Shown here in pieces: positions 48,205 to 58,622 of a DNA stretch of 64,000 nt. Under the pieces are notes generated by a model. It was given only the letters and a program-made list of their open reading frames with translations, did not search any database and had not been told where the DNA came from. Both the position numbers and the translations under genes were made by a program. The number at the start of each line of letters is the position of its first letter. Positions within the stretch are counted from its first letter, which is position 1. This DNA is from Ponticaulis sp. (GTDB lineage Bacteria > Pseudomonadota > Alphaproteobacteria > Caulobacterales > Hyphomonadaceae): assembly GCF_002723155.1 (NCBI RefSeq), contig NZ_PBNO01000006.1; one strand, 5' to 3'.

Positions 48205-51200
48205 TACTCTGCGGGCCCCGCATGAGGTTGCTCGTCCTGTTCGCTGTAGCGTTGCAGATCGTTGTCCAGCTCATCGTCAGTCTGCGTTTTGGGCGAGCTG
48301 AAACGCGCAATTGAGAGATACAGAACCGGTGTGAGGAAGAGCGTGAAGACCGACGCCAGGCCAAGTCCGCCAAAGATCACCCAGCCAATAGCGTTCCGCG
48401 CCTCTGCGCCCGCTCCGCTTGAGAGGAGAAGGGGGATCGCTCCAAACGCTGTTGAGATGACTGTCATAACGATTGGCCGTACGCGCACCGTTGCAGCCTC
48501 ATAGACCGCGTCTTTGAGCGCCAGTCCTTCAGCGCGCAGCTGGTTTGCAAATTCTACTAACAGGACGCCATTTTTTGCCATCAATCCGATCAGCAGAACG
48601 AGTCCGATCTGGGAATAGATATTCAAAGACACGCCGGACAGGAAAAGAGCATAGATCGCGGCAGCGAGCGCAAATGGCACAGTGATAATGATGATGAGCG
48701 GGCTGGAAAGGCTCTCGAACTGGGCGACCAGAACCAGGAAGACGATCAACAGCGCAAAACCGTAGGTGATCAAAAGATCGCGGTTGGACTCGCCTAGAGT
48801 TTCGGCCTCACCACGGAAGATCATAGAGATGCCTTCAGGTAACGAGTCGGCCGCAAGTCTCTGCATTTCCTCAATCGCATCAGCAAGAGGAACCCCAGAG
48901 GCAATATCTGTCTGAACTTCAATCGCGCGACGCTGTTCAACACGGTCGAGCTCCGCGGCGACGCCTTCTTCGACGAGTGTTGTCAGGCTTGAGAGCGAAA
49001 CCAGCTCGCCGCTATTGGAGCGCACAAATAGATTGCTAAGATCAGTTGGCGTCTCAATGGCGTTGGTCTCTGCTTCCAACATGATTGGAATAGCCTGATC
49101 CTGCACGTTGAGGTCGGTAATGTCTTCACCGCCAACCATTGCGCGGAGCGTCAATGAGATCTGGTCGAGTGATACACCGAGATCTGCCGCGCGCCGGCGA
49201 TCCACCTGAATGGATAGCTGTGGCTGTGTTGGCTGATACGAAATCTCTGCGTTTGAGAGGATGGTCGATTCTGTTTCGACTGTGTCAGCAAGCTGGCGGG
49301 CTGCCAGATAGATAGACTGGTAGTCAGGCCCTGTGAGTGCGACCTCAAGGCCGGCGCTGCGACCGCCACGGCCAAAGCTCAGGCTGCTAGGTCCGAAGGC
49401 GCTGGCGCGAATACCCGGAACCTGTGATAGCGGGCGGCGGAGTTCGGCGACAATTTCTTCCTGAGATCGCGTGCGCTCTTCCCATGGCGCGAGTTCGGCG
49501 GTCACGCCCACGCGGTTAGGGTCCCAGCGACCTACCACTGTGAAGATCGAGCGGATTTCACCTGAGTCCAGATACGGCTGAAGGATCGCTTCCACTTCGT
49601 CGGCCTGACGTTCCATGAAGTTGAGTCCCACGCCGTCGGGGCCGGATGCGAAGATTTCAATACGTCCGCGATCTTCGCTCGGGACGAGTTGTGAAGAGAT
49701 GTTCTGATATGCGAAGTACGCGCCACCAGCTGCCGCGAGGCTAACGAAGAAGGTCACAAGCGGGAAGGCAAGGCAGAGCTTAAGCATTCGGCCGTAAAGG
49801 TCACGAAGTGGATTGCCTATGCGTGCGAACACGTTCAGCTTATCGGACTTTTCCACGAGCGTGAATTTCGCTGCAATTGCCGGTGATAGCGTGAGCGCGA
49901 CAAACGACGAAATGATCACCGAGAAAGCCAGCACAAAACCAAATTCACGGAACAAACGACCAACTGTAGACGGCAGGAATGATAGTGGCACGAACACCGC
50001 CACAAGAACCGCGGTGGTCGCAATAACGGCGAAGAAAACCTGACGTGTTCCGATCGCGGCTGCGGCGCGTTTTGGAACGCCCTGCGATTGCTGTCGCTGA
50101 ATGTTTTCAAGAACAACAATCGCATCGTCTACAATCAGGCCCGTTGCCAGAACCAGAGCAAGAAGCGTGAGAAGGTTGATCGAGAAACCCATCAACCAGA
50201 TGCCGGTCAGTGTGCCAACAAGAGCAATCGGGATTGCGACTGTTGGAATGATCGTCGCTTTCCATGACCCGAGGAACACCCAGATAGTGGCGATGACGAT
50301 AGCGACTGTGATCAGAAGCGAGATTAGAACTTCCTGAACGGATTTTCGAATGAACACGGCATCGTCGGATGTGACGCTGATCGTGACGCCCTCAATCCGG
50401 TTATTCAATCGCTCGACTGCTTCTCGGACGGAGTCGGAAATTTGAATTGTATTGGATTGGGCCTGACGTACGACACCGAGACCGATGATTGGCTCGCCAT
50501 TCAGACGGAGCAGGTTGTTGGCATTAGCGGGTGCAAGCGTTACCTCTGCGACATCACCAATCTGGATTTCGTCACGGATGATGACTTCCTTGATGCGCTC
50601 CGGGGTAGAGGCGGTTGCTTCTGCGCGAACGATGAGCGCCTGATCGGTTGACTGGAAGCTGCCCGCGGGCACGTCGAATGGTGCTAGTCTCAGCGCTGTC
50701 GCTACATCGCTGACGGTCAGACCGAAGCGGTTCATGCGCTGTGGATCGACGACGACGCGCATCTGGCGCTCGCGCGTGCCGAATTCGTTGAGCGTAGCGA
50801 CGCCATCAATGGCTTGCAGCGCTGGCATGATGTCGGTTTCGATGATCCGGGTAAGCTCGTCTTCGGGATATTCCTGTGACACGACAGCCAGCTGCATCAT
50901 TGGACGCGCGTCGTTATCGGCCTTGGTTACGAAGACGTTTTCGACGCCATCGGGGAGGCGACGCTGTACACGGCTAACTGCTTCACGCACTTCGGAAGCA
51001 GCTGAGTTGAGATCGACGCCCGGATTGAACTCAATCCGAATGCGGGCTGAGTTTTCTTCACTGGAAGCGTTTATCTCTTTAACGCCAGAAACAGTTGCGA
51101 CGGCGCCCTCAAGCACGCTGGTAACGTCGGCATCCATTGTTTCTGGTGCGCCGCCCGGAAGGCTTGCGGTGACCGAAACGATTGGACGGTCAACGTCCGG

Positions 51201-51329
51201 CAGTTCGCGGACTTCTACGCCAAAGAGAGCTGCAACGCTCGCCAGGACGATAAGAAGGTTGAATACGGTAATGAGGAGTGGACGTTTAACCGCGAGTTCT
51301 GGGAGACCGGATTTAGGCGCGCCAATCAT
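48204..51329 (-). CDS. RND efflux permease (AcrB/MdtB/MexW-like)
   Basis: LPDVD, NLLTLLALVLATGLIVDDAIVVLENI, GLMAKNGVLLVE, RVRPIVMT. Confidence 0.95.
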   Translation of the reverse strand: MIGAPKSGLPELAVKRPLLITVFNLLIVLASVAALFGVEVRELPDVDRPIVSVTASLPGGAPETMDADVTSVLEGAVATVSGVKEINASSEENSARIRIEFNPGVDLNSAASEVREAVSRVQRRLPDGVENVFVTKADNDARPMMQLAVVSQEYPEDELTRIIETDIMPALQAIDGVATLNEFGTRERQMRVVVDPQRMNRFGLTVSDVATALRLAPFDVPAGSFQSTDQALIVRAEATASTPERIKEVIIRDEIQIGDVAEVTLAPANANNLLRLNGEPIIGLGVVRQAQSNTIQISDSVREAVERLNNRIEGVTISVTSDDAVFIRKSVQEVLISLLITVAIVIATIWVFLGSWKATIIPTVAIPIALVGTLTGIWLMGFSINLLTLLALVLATGLIVDDAIVVLENIQRQQSQGVPKRAAAAIGTRQVFFAVIATTAVLVAVFVPLSFLPSTVGRLFREFGFVLAFSVIISSFVALTLSPAIAAKFTLVEKSDKLNVFARIGNPLRDLYGRMLKLCLAFPLVTFFVSLAAAGGAYFAYQNISSQLVPSEDRGRIEIFASGPDGVGLNFMERQADEVEAILQPYLDSGEIRSIFTVVGRWDPNRVGVTAELAPWEERTRSQEEIVAELRRPLSQVPGIRASAFGPSSLSFGRGGRSAGLEVALTGPDYQSIYLAARQLADTVETESTILSNAEISYQPTQPQLSIQVDRRRAADLGVSLDQISLTLRAMVGGEDITDLNVQDQAIPIMLEAETNAIETPTDLSNLFVRSNSGELVSLSSLTTLVEEGVAAELDRVEQRRAIEVQTDIASGVPLADAIEEMQRLAADSLPEGISMIFRGEAETLGESNRDLLITYGFALLIVFLVLVAQFESLSSPLIIIITVPFALAAAIYALFLSGVSLNIYSQIGLVLLIGLMAKNGVLLVEFANQLRAEGLALKDAVYEAATVRVRPIVMTVISTAFGAIPLLLSSGAGAEARNAIGWVIFGGLGLASVFTLFLTPVLYLSIARFSSPKTQTDDELDNDLQRYSEQDEQPHAGPAE

Positions 51330-52444
51330 TGTACTGCAGCGCCCGTAATCGTGCGGCGGATTTCCGCAACAGGTATCTCGTTGTTAGCAGTCGGTTGCAC
51401 TACAGAAACGGCGGAACCCTGACGAACTTTCTGGACACCTTCAGTGATAATCATATCGTTTTCGCTGAGGTCAGCGCGGACAAGCGCATAGCCGTTGTCG
51501 CGAGACACGATTGTCACTGGAACGCGCTGCGCCTGATTGTTCACGACTTTCCAGAGATAAGCACCATCGCCGCCCCAGACGATGGACGCCTCCGGAACCG
51601 CCGGATAATCATTGCCGGGAAGCGAGAACTCGACACGGAAACTCATACCAGGGCGAAGGTCATCAGCTGTATTGTCCACGGCCGCGCGGACCATGAATGA
51701 ACGACGGTCGGCATCAATGCGGCTATCCACGAAAGCAACAATAGCTTCGATGTCGCGTTCTGCAGCCGCGAACGGGCGCATAGGCAGAGTGTCACCTACG
51801 TTGACGCGCCCGAATACCTGTTCGGGCAAGGCGAAATCTACGAACAATTCCGTTCTGTCATCGATACGGGTAATTTCGGTCTGCTGGTTTACAGTCGCCC
51901 CGATATCAATGTCGGTTAGCCCGACATAACCTGAGAACGGAGCACGTATTGAGCGGTCCGCCAATGTTTCTTCAGCGAGCCTCAAATCGATTGTGGCGGC
52001 TTCAACGGCCGTCTGCGCGCTATCAATCTGGCTTTCGGAAATCGCACCGTCGACGTCAATACGTTCATAGCGCGCTAGAAGTTGTTGTGCATTCTGAAGT
52101 GTCACATTGGCTTGAGCGACACGAAGGCGTTCTTCAGCGCTGTCCAGACGCGCGAGGACCTGTCCTTCTTCGATGTACTGGCCGGACGTGAAGCTGACTG
52201 AAACGATTTCACCGGAACTCTGTGGGTAGATGGTAGCGGCGAGACGCGCCCGGGCTGTCCCTACTGACTCGATTTGCTCGCGGTCAGCACGAAACTCTAC
52301 GCGTTCTGCCAGAATTCTTGTTGCAGGCATTTCACGCCCGCCACCCGTAGCAGGTCCTGTCGATGCATTGTTATCGGAGCATCCGACAAGGAAGAGGGCG
52401 GGAATCGCAATGAGGCCGAGGCGCTTCGGTGACATCAAACGCAC
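51326..52444 (-). CDS. RND periplasmic adaptor (MFP)
   Basis: LVGC lipobox, lipoyl-hairpin pattern, IRAPFSG, LRPGM, EGVQKVR. Confidence 0.92.
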   Translation of the reverse strand: MRLMSPKRLGLIAIPALFLVGCSDNNASTGPATGGGREMPATRILAERVEFRADREQIESVGTARARLAATIYPQSSGEIVSVSFTSGQYIEEGQVLARLDSAEERLRVAQANVTLQNAQQLLARYERIDVDGAISESQIDSAQTAVEAATIDLRLAEETLADRSIRAPFSGYVGLTDIDIGATVNQQTEITRIDDRTELFVDFALPEQVFGRVNVGDTLPMRPFAAAERDIEAIVAFVDSRIDADRRSFMVRAAVDNTADDLRPGMSFRVEFSLPGNDYPAVPEASIVWGGDGAYLWKVVNNQAQRVPVTIVSRDNGYALVRADLSENDMIITEGVQKVRQGSAVSVVQPTANNEIPVAEIRRTITGAAVQ

Positions 52445-52583
52445 AGTTTTTCCTTCAAATAGCCAGAGTGCCTGTTGGCATTTCTACGCGTGATCGAACG
52501 TTCTAGATCACTATACGAGTGAACCTAGGGTTTCCGTCGCGTCAGATAAGGGAAATCTGACGCGGTAACGAATGTGTGATCAG

Positions 52584-55500
52584 TTACGACCAGCGAAGAT
52601 CCAGCGTCGATGAGAAACGCGGATCCGTCTGGATATAGCGCGGCGTGAATTGCCCCGCTGTATGGCCGGTTTCTGTGAACGATGCGATCCGCCGTCCCTC
52701 GGCTTCCAGAGCATTGATCGGTCGTGTGTCGAAGTTGCGTCCGCCCGGATGGGTCGGAAAGTAAGTGCATCCACCAATGGAGCGTCCAACCCGGCTGTCA
52801 TACAGGTCGAACGTTAGTGGCCCATGAGGCTGGATTGTCGGATGCAGGCAAGACGCTGGTAGCCAGGTCCTGAATCGTACGCCGCTTATCATGGTCTCGC
52901 TGCCCGGGATTTTAGATAGAGGGACAACGATGCCGTTGCAGAGCAGTTGTCTCGATCCAAGATCGCCAGTGACGGTGACCTGAATGCGTTCGAGAGACGA
53001 GTCCACAAAACGGGCAGTGCCGCCGACTGCGCCTTCCTCGCCCAACACGTTCCACTGCTCAAGAGCATGGCGCAACTCAATATCGACGCCATCATAAGAA
53101 ACGTTACCGATTTTCGGGAACCTGAACTCCATGTGCGCGTCGAACCAGCTTGGGTCCAGCTGAACGCCTGTGCCTTCGGAGACTTCGCGCAGAATGTTAT
53201 TCAGGTCTGCGCGCAGGACTGCAGGCAGCATGAACTCATCATTCAAGGCCGTCCCGAGCGGTTTAAGTGGCGCCGTGTAGGGTGTTGTCCAGAACCAGGC
53301 GATGAGCGCTCTAAGCAAGAGTTGCTGAGCCAGATTCATCTCAGCGTGCGGAGGCATCTCAAATGCGCGGAATTCTACCAGTCCGAGGCGTCCTGCCGGA
53401 CCATCCGGAGAATAGAGCTTATCAATGCAAATTTCGGAACGGTGTGTATTGCCGGTCGTGTCGACAAGCAGATGGCGTAACACGCGGTCGACCAGCCATG
53501 GTGGTGCCTGTTCCGTAGATGGTGGAAGCTGTTTGAGTGCCAGTTCCATCTCGTAGAGCTGGTCGTGACGGGCTTCGTCGATGCGCGGCGCCTGACTTGT
53601 TGGCCCGATAAATGTGCCGGCAAAGAAGTAACTCAGGGCAGGGTGGTTCTGCCAGTATCTTATGATGGAGGCCAACAGGTCAGGCCGGCGAAGGAATGGG
53701 CTGTCATTAGGCGATGCGCCGCCCATGACGATATGGGCACCGCCGCCTGAACCAGTAGGACGACCATTGATAAGGAAGGTGGATGAATCCAGCCCGCACT
53801 GACGGGCGTCTTCGTACAGCGTACGTGTCAGGTCTGAGAGCTCATCCCATGTAGACGTTGGCTGCACGTTCACTTCGATCACGCCCGGATCGGGTGTAAC
53901 CTTGATTTCGCTGATGCGTGGGTCGCGAGGCGGCGGATAACCCTCAATGCGCACTGGCAGCCCCGTCTGCGACGCGGCTTCTTCAACGGCGTAGATCAGA
54001 TCAAGGAACGCTTCTGTTGAGAACACGGGCGGCATGAATACACAAAGATGACCGTCGCGATGTTCAACTGACATCGCGGTACGGATGCCTGCCTGAACGA
54101 ACTCACGTTCTGGCGTGTACTCTGGAACGGCACGTTTGCCAGCGTCGCCAGACGCCTTGTTTTGTAGACGCGGCGGCAGATTCTGAGGTGCAGCAATTTC
54201 GCCTTCGATCGCAAACGGATCGAGAGGAATAAGACCCGGATAGAGGCTTGCATTCAGCTCAGGAAGTGATTTGAGCGGCAGACGGAAACCTGCGGGACTG
54301 TCGCCCGGCACTAGGAAGAGTTTGCCTCGGCGGCTCTCCCAGATTTCAGTCATCCATTCGAACATCCGGCCCTGCTTGTTACGGGCCTGTTGGGTTTGAA
54401 GCGGAATGACGAAGCCTTTTGGATGTCCGAGGCCTTGTTCAAACGCGCGGGCGAGCGTGCGGCGTTCTTCGGATTTTTTCAGCTTGGGGTCTTCCGGATC
54501 GAGATTGATCGGAAGATTGCCCTCACCGAGGATAATTTCAGCGGGGTCTTCGTAAATCGGTTGAGCACATTCCGGTGCCAGATCAAGGCGTGTCGCAATT
54601 GTCTTGGCGAGCACTTCGGCGTCTTCGGATTTAAATGATGCCGGTTCTTCTTCCTTTTGGATCAGGTCGGGATTGCGCCACAAAGGTTCCCCGTCATTGC
54701 GCCAGTACACAGTGAATGCCCAACGCGGGAGCGGCTCACCCGGATACCACTTACCCTGTCCGTGTGTGAGCAAGCCATTTGGCGCATACTTCTTTTTCAG
54801 ACGACGTATCAGCTGGTCGGCATATGTACGTTTTTCCGGACCAACCGCGTCTGTCGTCCATTCTGGCGCATCACGGTTCGTTTCTGACACAAATGTCGGT
54901 TCTCCGCCCATCGTCAGACGGACATCATTTTCGTTGAGAATTTTATCAATCGCGCGACCCGCAATATTGATCTTCTCAGACTGTGCCGGACTTAAAGGTT
55001 TAGAATGACGAGGTGGATCGATGAGGCGCTCGACTTTCATTTCGAAGTCGAATTCTACTTCGCAAGGTTCCAGTCCGCCCGAAATAGGGGCGGCCGACGA
55101 TGGCACTGGTGTCGCTGCAAGCGGGATATGCCCTTCACCTGCAAACAGGCCCGAGGTCGGGTCGAGACCGATCCAGCCAGCACCGGGGATATAGATTTCG
55201 ACCCAGGCATGCAGGTCGGTGAAATCGACCTCCGGACCGGATGGGCCTGTGACAGATGCGATGTCAGCGGTCAGCTGTACCAGATATCCTGATACAAAGC
55301 GCGCAGCGAGACCGAGGCGCCGGCAGATATTGACGAGAAGCCAGCTGGAGTCGCGGCACGAGCCTTTTGCTAGCGCCAGCGTTTCTTCAGGTGTCTGAAC
55401 ACCGGGCTCCATACGGATTGTGTAGTCAATTTTGGCTTCGACGAGCTGGTTCAATGCGACCAGCGTGTCGACTGTTGAAGTCGCTTCGCCTTGCTTGGAA

Positions 55501-55916
55501 CCCCAAATCTTCTTAGCTTGCAGAAGAAATTTCTCGAATTGTGGGCCTGTCGTGTCAGTCTCGAGATAGGGCTGGAGCTGCTTTTTAGTATCGTCGTCGT
55601 AAGTGAAAGGCGTGTGGGAGGCGCTGTCTTCGAGGAAGAAGTCAAACGGGTTGATCGCGATCATGTCCGCGACAAGGTCGATCTCTACAGAAAACTGCGT
55701 CGTCTTTTCTGGAATGACGATACGGGCAAGGTAGTTGCCGAAGGGGTCTTGCTGCCAGTTGATGAAGTGATCTTCCGGCAAAATGGTCTGGCTATAGCTG
55801 ACGATTGGCGTGCGGCAGTGTGGCGCTGGCCGAAGCCGGATTGTCTGCGGCCCCATTTTGACAGGTTTGTCGTAGGAATACGAAGTGCGGTGCGTAAGGC
55901 CAATGCGTATAGTCAT
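52584..55916 (-). CDS. Transglutaminase-like domain fused to DUF2126 putative amidoligase
   Basis: RLRPAPH, WQQDPFGN, triad GSCRDSSW / LHAW / LDPT; LTMGGEPTF, GKWYPGEPLPRW, VTPDPGVIEVN, TGGGAH-like, GNTHRSEICIDKL, GLVEFRAFEMPP. Confidence 0.9.
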   Translation of the reverse strand: MTIRIGLTHRTSYSYDKPVKMGPQTIRLRPAPHCRTPIVSYSQTILPEDHFINWQQDPFGNYLARIVIPEKTTQFSVEIDLVADMIAINPFDFFLEDSASHTPFTYDDDTKKQLQPYLETDTTGPQFEKFLLQAKKIWGSKQGEATSTVDTLVALNQLVEAKIDYTIRMEPGVQTPEETLALAKGSCRDSSWLLVNICRRLGLAARFVSGYLVQLTADIASVTGPSGPEVDFTDLHAWVEIYIPGAGWIGLDPTSGLFAGEGHIPLAATPVPSSAAPISGGLEPCEVEFDFEMKVERLIDPPRHSKPLSPAQSEKINIAGRAIDKILNENDVRLTMGGEPTFVSETNRDAPEWTTDAVGPEKRTYADQLIRRLKKKYAPNGLLTHGQGKWYPGEPLPRWAFTVYWRNDGEPLWRNPDLIQKEEEPASFKSEDAEVLAKTIATRLDLAPECAQPIYEDPAEIILGEGNLPINLDPEDPKLKKSEERRTLARAFEQGLGHPKGFVIPLQTQQARNKQGRMFEWMTEIWESRRGKLFLVPGDSPAGFRLPLKSLPELNASLYPGLIPLDPFAIEGEIAAPQNLPPRLQNKASGDAGKRAVPEYTPEREFVQAGIRTAMSVEHRDGHLCVFMPPVFSTEAFLDLIYAVEEAASQTGLPVRIEGYPPPRDPRISEIKVTPDPGVIEVNVQPTSTWDELSDLTRTLYEDARQCGLDSSTFLINGRPTGSGGGAHIVMGGASPNDSPFLRRPDLLASIIRYWQNHPALSYFFAGTFIGPTSQAPRIDEARHDQLYEMELALKQLPPSTEQAPPWLVDRVLRHLLVDTTGNTHRSEICIDKLYSPDGPAGRLGLVEFRAFEMPPHAEMNLAQQLLLRALIAWFWTTPYTAPLKPLGTALNDEFMLPAVLRADLNNILREVSEGTGVQLDPSWFDAHMEFRFPKIGNVSYDGVDIELRHALEQWNVLGEEGAVGGTARFVDSSLERIQVTVTGDLGSRQLLCNGIVVPLSKIPGSETMISGVRFRTWLPASCLHPTIQPHGPLTFDLYDSRVGRSIGGCTYFPTHPGGRNFDTRPINALEAEGRRIASFTETGHTAGQFTPRYIQTDPRFSSTLDLRWS

Positions 55917-56053
55917 AAGGCATGGCTAACGCCTAAATCGGACGGCCTGCAACCAAAACAATCAATTACGTGATTTTTTTCGGTCTTTGTCTTGGTAAAT
56001 GATCAACCGCATGCCAGCTTCATAGGCAATGGAGTAATGGTTGACGGTGTTAA

Positions 56054-57463
56054 ATGTTCAGTGAGATGACTCAGAGCGGGCTGGTGCGGCCCGAGTATCA
56101 ACAAATTGATACCTGGCTGAAAAGTCAGTCGATAGATGACCTCAAACAGGCTTCTTCAGAAGCTGAGACATTGTTTCGAAAAATCGGTATTACGTTCGCG
56201 GTCTACGGCGAAGGCGGTGATCCAGAGCGCCTGATTCCGTTTGATGTCATTCCTCGAGTTTTCTCTGCGTCTGAATGGAATGTTCTGCAGCGCGGCGTCA
56301 TTCAAAGGGCGCAGGCGCTGAACGCTTTCATCGCTGATGTTTACGGTGCGGCACGGATTGTAAAAGAAGGTATCGTGCCAGCGGAAATCATCTTCAACAA
56401 CGAGGCTTACGAGCCAGTTATGCGTGATTTCATGCCGCCGAAGAATGTGTACTCTCACATTTCAGGGATCGATGTGATCCGTACCGGCGAAGACGGATTT
56501 TACGTTCTTGAAGACAATTGCCGGACACCATCGGGCGTTTCTTACGTTCTTGAGAACCGCCGTATGATGTCGCGCTTGTTCCCTGAGTTGTTCATGAACG
56601 GAGACGTGGCGCCGGTCGAGTATTATCCGGACATACTTCGCCAGACCATGGAGAGCGTCGCGCCGATGAATGCGGCAGATGATGGCGGTATTGTCAGTGT
56701 TATTCTGACGCCTGGGCACTTTAACAGCGCTTATTATGAACACTCCTTCCTTGCCGATGAAATGGGTATTCCGCTCGTTGAGGGATCTGATCTCTTCGTA
56801 GACGGCGATAAAGTCTACATGCGAACGACGCGCGGCCCGCAGCGGGTGCATGTTATCTACCGCCGGATTGATGACGCATTTCTGGATCCGGAGCAGTTCA
56901 ATCCAAGCTCCATGCTTGGCGTACCGGGCCTCATACGCGCCTACAAAGCGGGCGGCGTGACCATCATTAATGCGCCCGGCACTGGTGTGGCGGATGACAA
57001 GGCGATCTACTGTTTCGTGGAAGACATGATCCGCTTCTATCTGAGCGAAGAGCCTGTTTTGAAGAACGTTGAAACCTTCCGCTGCAGTGAACCATCGCAG
57101 CTCAGCCATGTTCTCGAAAACCTCGAGCATCTCGTTGTGAAGGAAGTGCACGGCTCAGGTGGTTACGGCATGTTGATCGGCCCTAAATCGACCGCCGACG
57201 AGCGCGAACAATATGCGCAGCGTCTGAAAGCCAAGCCTTCGGCGTTTATTGCGCAGCCAACCTTGTCTTTGTCGACTTGCCCGACACTCGTTGAAGAAGG
57301 TGTTGCCGAACGTCATGTGGATTTCCGTCCGTTCGTTCTGACAGGTGACATTAGTCAGGTGACGCCCGGCGGCCTCACAAGGGTTGCGCTTCGTGAAGGG
57401 TCTCTGGTGGTCAACTCCAGCCAGGGCGGCGGCGTTAAAGATACCTGGGTTCTGACGGAGTAG
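56054..57463 (+). CDS. Circularly permuted ATP-grasp type 2 protein
   Basis: GITF.VY, RLIPFD, VLEDNCRTPSGVSY, LTPGHFNSAYYEH, IYRRIDD, GVADDK, GSGGYG, HVDFRPF, NSSQGGGVKDTWV. Confidence 0.93.
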   Translation: MFSEMTQSGLVRPEYQQIDTWLKSQSIDDLKQASSEAETLFRKIGITFAVYGEGGDPERLIPFDVIPRVFSASEWNVLQRGVIQRAQALNAFIADVYGAARIVKEGIVPAEIIFNNEAYEPVMRDFMPPKNVYSHISGIDVIRTGEDGFYVLEDNCRTPSGVSYVLENRRMMSRLFPELFMNGDVAPVEYYPDILRQTMESVAPMNAADDGGIVSVILTPGHFNSAYYEHSFLADEMGIPLVEGSDLFVDGDKVYMRTTRGPQRVHVIYRRIDDAFLDPEQFNPSSMLGVPGLIRAYKAGGVTIINAPGTGVADDKAIYCFVEDMIRFYLSEEPVLKNVETFRCSEPSQLSHVLENLEHLVVKEVHGSGGYGMLIGPKSTADEREQYAQRLKAKPSAFIAQPTLSLSTCPTLVEEGVAERHVDFRPFVLTGDISQVTPGGLTRVALREGSLVVNSSQGGGVKDTWVLTE

Positions 57464-57469
57464 GATAAG

Positions 57470-58489
57470 ATGCTTAGTCGTGTAGCTGAAAACCTCTTCT
57501 GGATTGCGCGTTCGATGGAACGTGCAGACAATGTCGCCCGTCTGATCGATACCGCACGCCGTATGGTCACGCTTCCGAATGAATCCGGACGTCCGCTCGC
57601 GAATGAATGGTCTTCCATTCTGATTGCGGCCGGAGCGGGTAGTACGTTTAAGGGCGATCTTGAGCATGCAACGCGAGAAGAGGCCGTTGAGCACCTTGTC
57701 GCGGACCCTGACAATCCTTCCAGCATTTATAACTGCTTTCGCAATGCCCGCGAAAATGCGCGTGCAATTCGGTTTGGTTTAACGTCGGAGGTCTGGAATA
57801 GTCTCAACTCCGGTTGGAACGAGCTGCCCGGACAGATAGGTATGCTTAGAACTCGCAAAGCGTATCTGGCAGAGTTCGTTGATTGGGTAAAAGTTTGTCA
57901 GGCTCAATATAGAGGCTCTGTGGAAGGCACGCTGGTTCGTGATGATGGCCTTGAGTTTCTGCGCATCGGTAGTCACTTGGAGCGCGCCGATGCAACTGCC
58001 CGTATTCTGGATGTGAAGTATCACGTGCTGCTGCCCTCTCTCGGGGCGATCGGTGGCACGCTCGACCATTATCAATGGATTTCATTATTGCAGGCGGTCG
58101 GCGTTCAGCGTGCTTATCACTTTGTGACGAAGTCGGACGTGACCCGAGACGGTGTTGCAGCATTCCTTATTCAGAATGAAGTCAATCCAAGGTCGCTTAG
58201 CTACAGCCTGTACAGAGTTGTTCAATCGCTCACGCAACTCGAAGAATACTACGACCGACAAACGTCATGCCGTATTCGAGCGGAAGTGATGCTGAGTGGG
58301 CTTCGCACTGCTGACATCGAGCAGATTCTCACTGATGGCCTGCACGAATACCTTACATGGTTTATCGAAAGCGTCGGTAATTTGTCTCACGAAATCGGGC
58401 TATCGTTCGCGTTTGCGCCGCCCTTAACAGTGGAAGACACCGAAGAGAAAGGTGAAACCGAGGGGCAGACTCAGTCTCAAGGCACTTAA
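57470..58489 (+). CDS. Alpha-E domain protein
   Basis: MLSRVAENLFW..R..ERADN.AR, second ER repeat HLERADATARILDVKY, PRS motif. Confidence 0.92.
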   Translation: MLSRVAENLFWIARSMERADNVARLIDTARRMVTLPNESGRPLANEWSSILIAAGAGSTFKGDLEHATREEAVEHLVADPDNPSSIYNCFRNARENARAIRFGLTSEVWNSLNSGWNELPGQIGMLRTRKAYLAEFVDWVKVCQAQYRGSVEGTLVRDDGLEFLRIGSHLERADATARILDVKYHVLLPSLGAIGGTLDHYQWISLLQAVGVQRAYHFVTKSDVTRDGVAAFLIQNEVNPRSLSYSLYRVVQSLTQLEEYYDRQTSCRIRAEVMLSGLRTADIEQILTDGLHEYLTWFIESVGNLSHEIGLSFAFAPPLTVEDTEEKGETEGQTQSQGT

Positions 58490-58547
58490 CTGAATAAATT
58501 ACAAGACAGTTCGACTTGTTACTCACGTAAAGCTTTTAGTTTTGCTT

Positions 58548-58575
58548 CTTGAAAATGCCAGACGAAGGCGTAGAA
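58548..58575 (+). promoter_or_regulatory. Possible RpoH-type promoter for anbu
   Basis: CTTGAA-N15-CGTAGAA in the 133-bp gap before anbu. Confidence 0.25.
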
Positions 58576-58622
58576 GCGTTGCTTGCGATTTATAATAACA
58601 GAGCAATCGCGAGGAGACCTCA

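Noticed and set aside
56031-56069. 10-codon uORF (MVDGVKCSVR) overlapping the ATP-grasp start with an ATGA junction
   Set aside because: The GGAG lies only 2 nt from its ATG, and the main ORF's F-S-E-M resembles the family's FDEM start, so ATG 56054 is sufficient.
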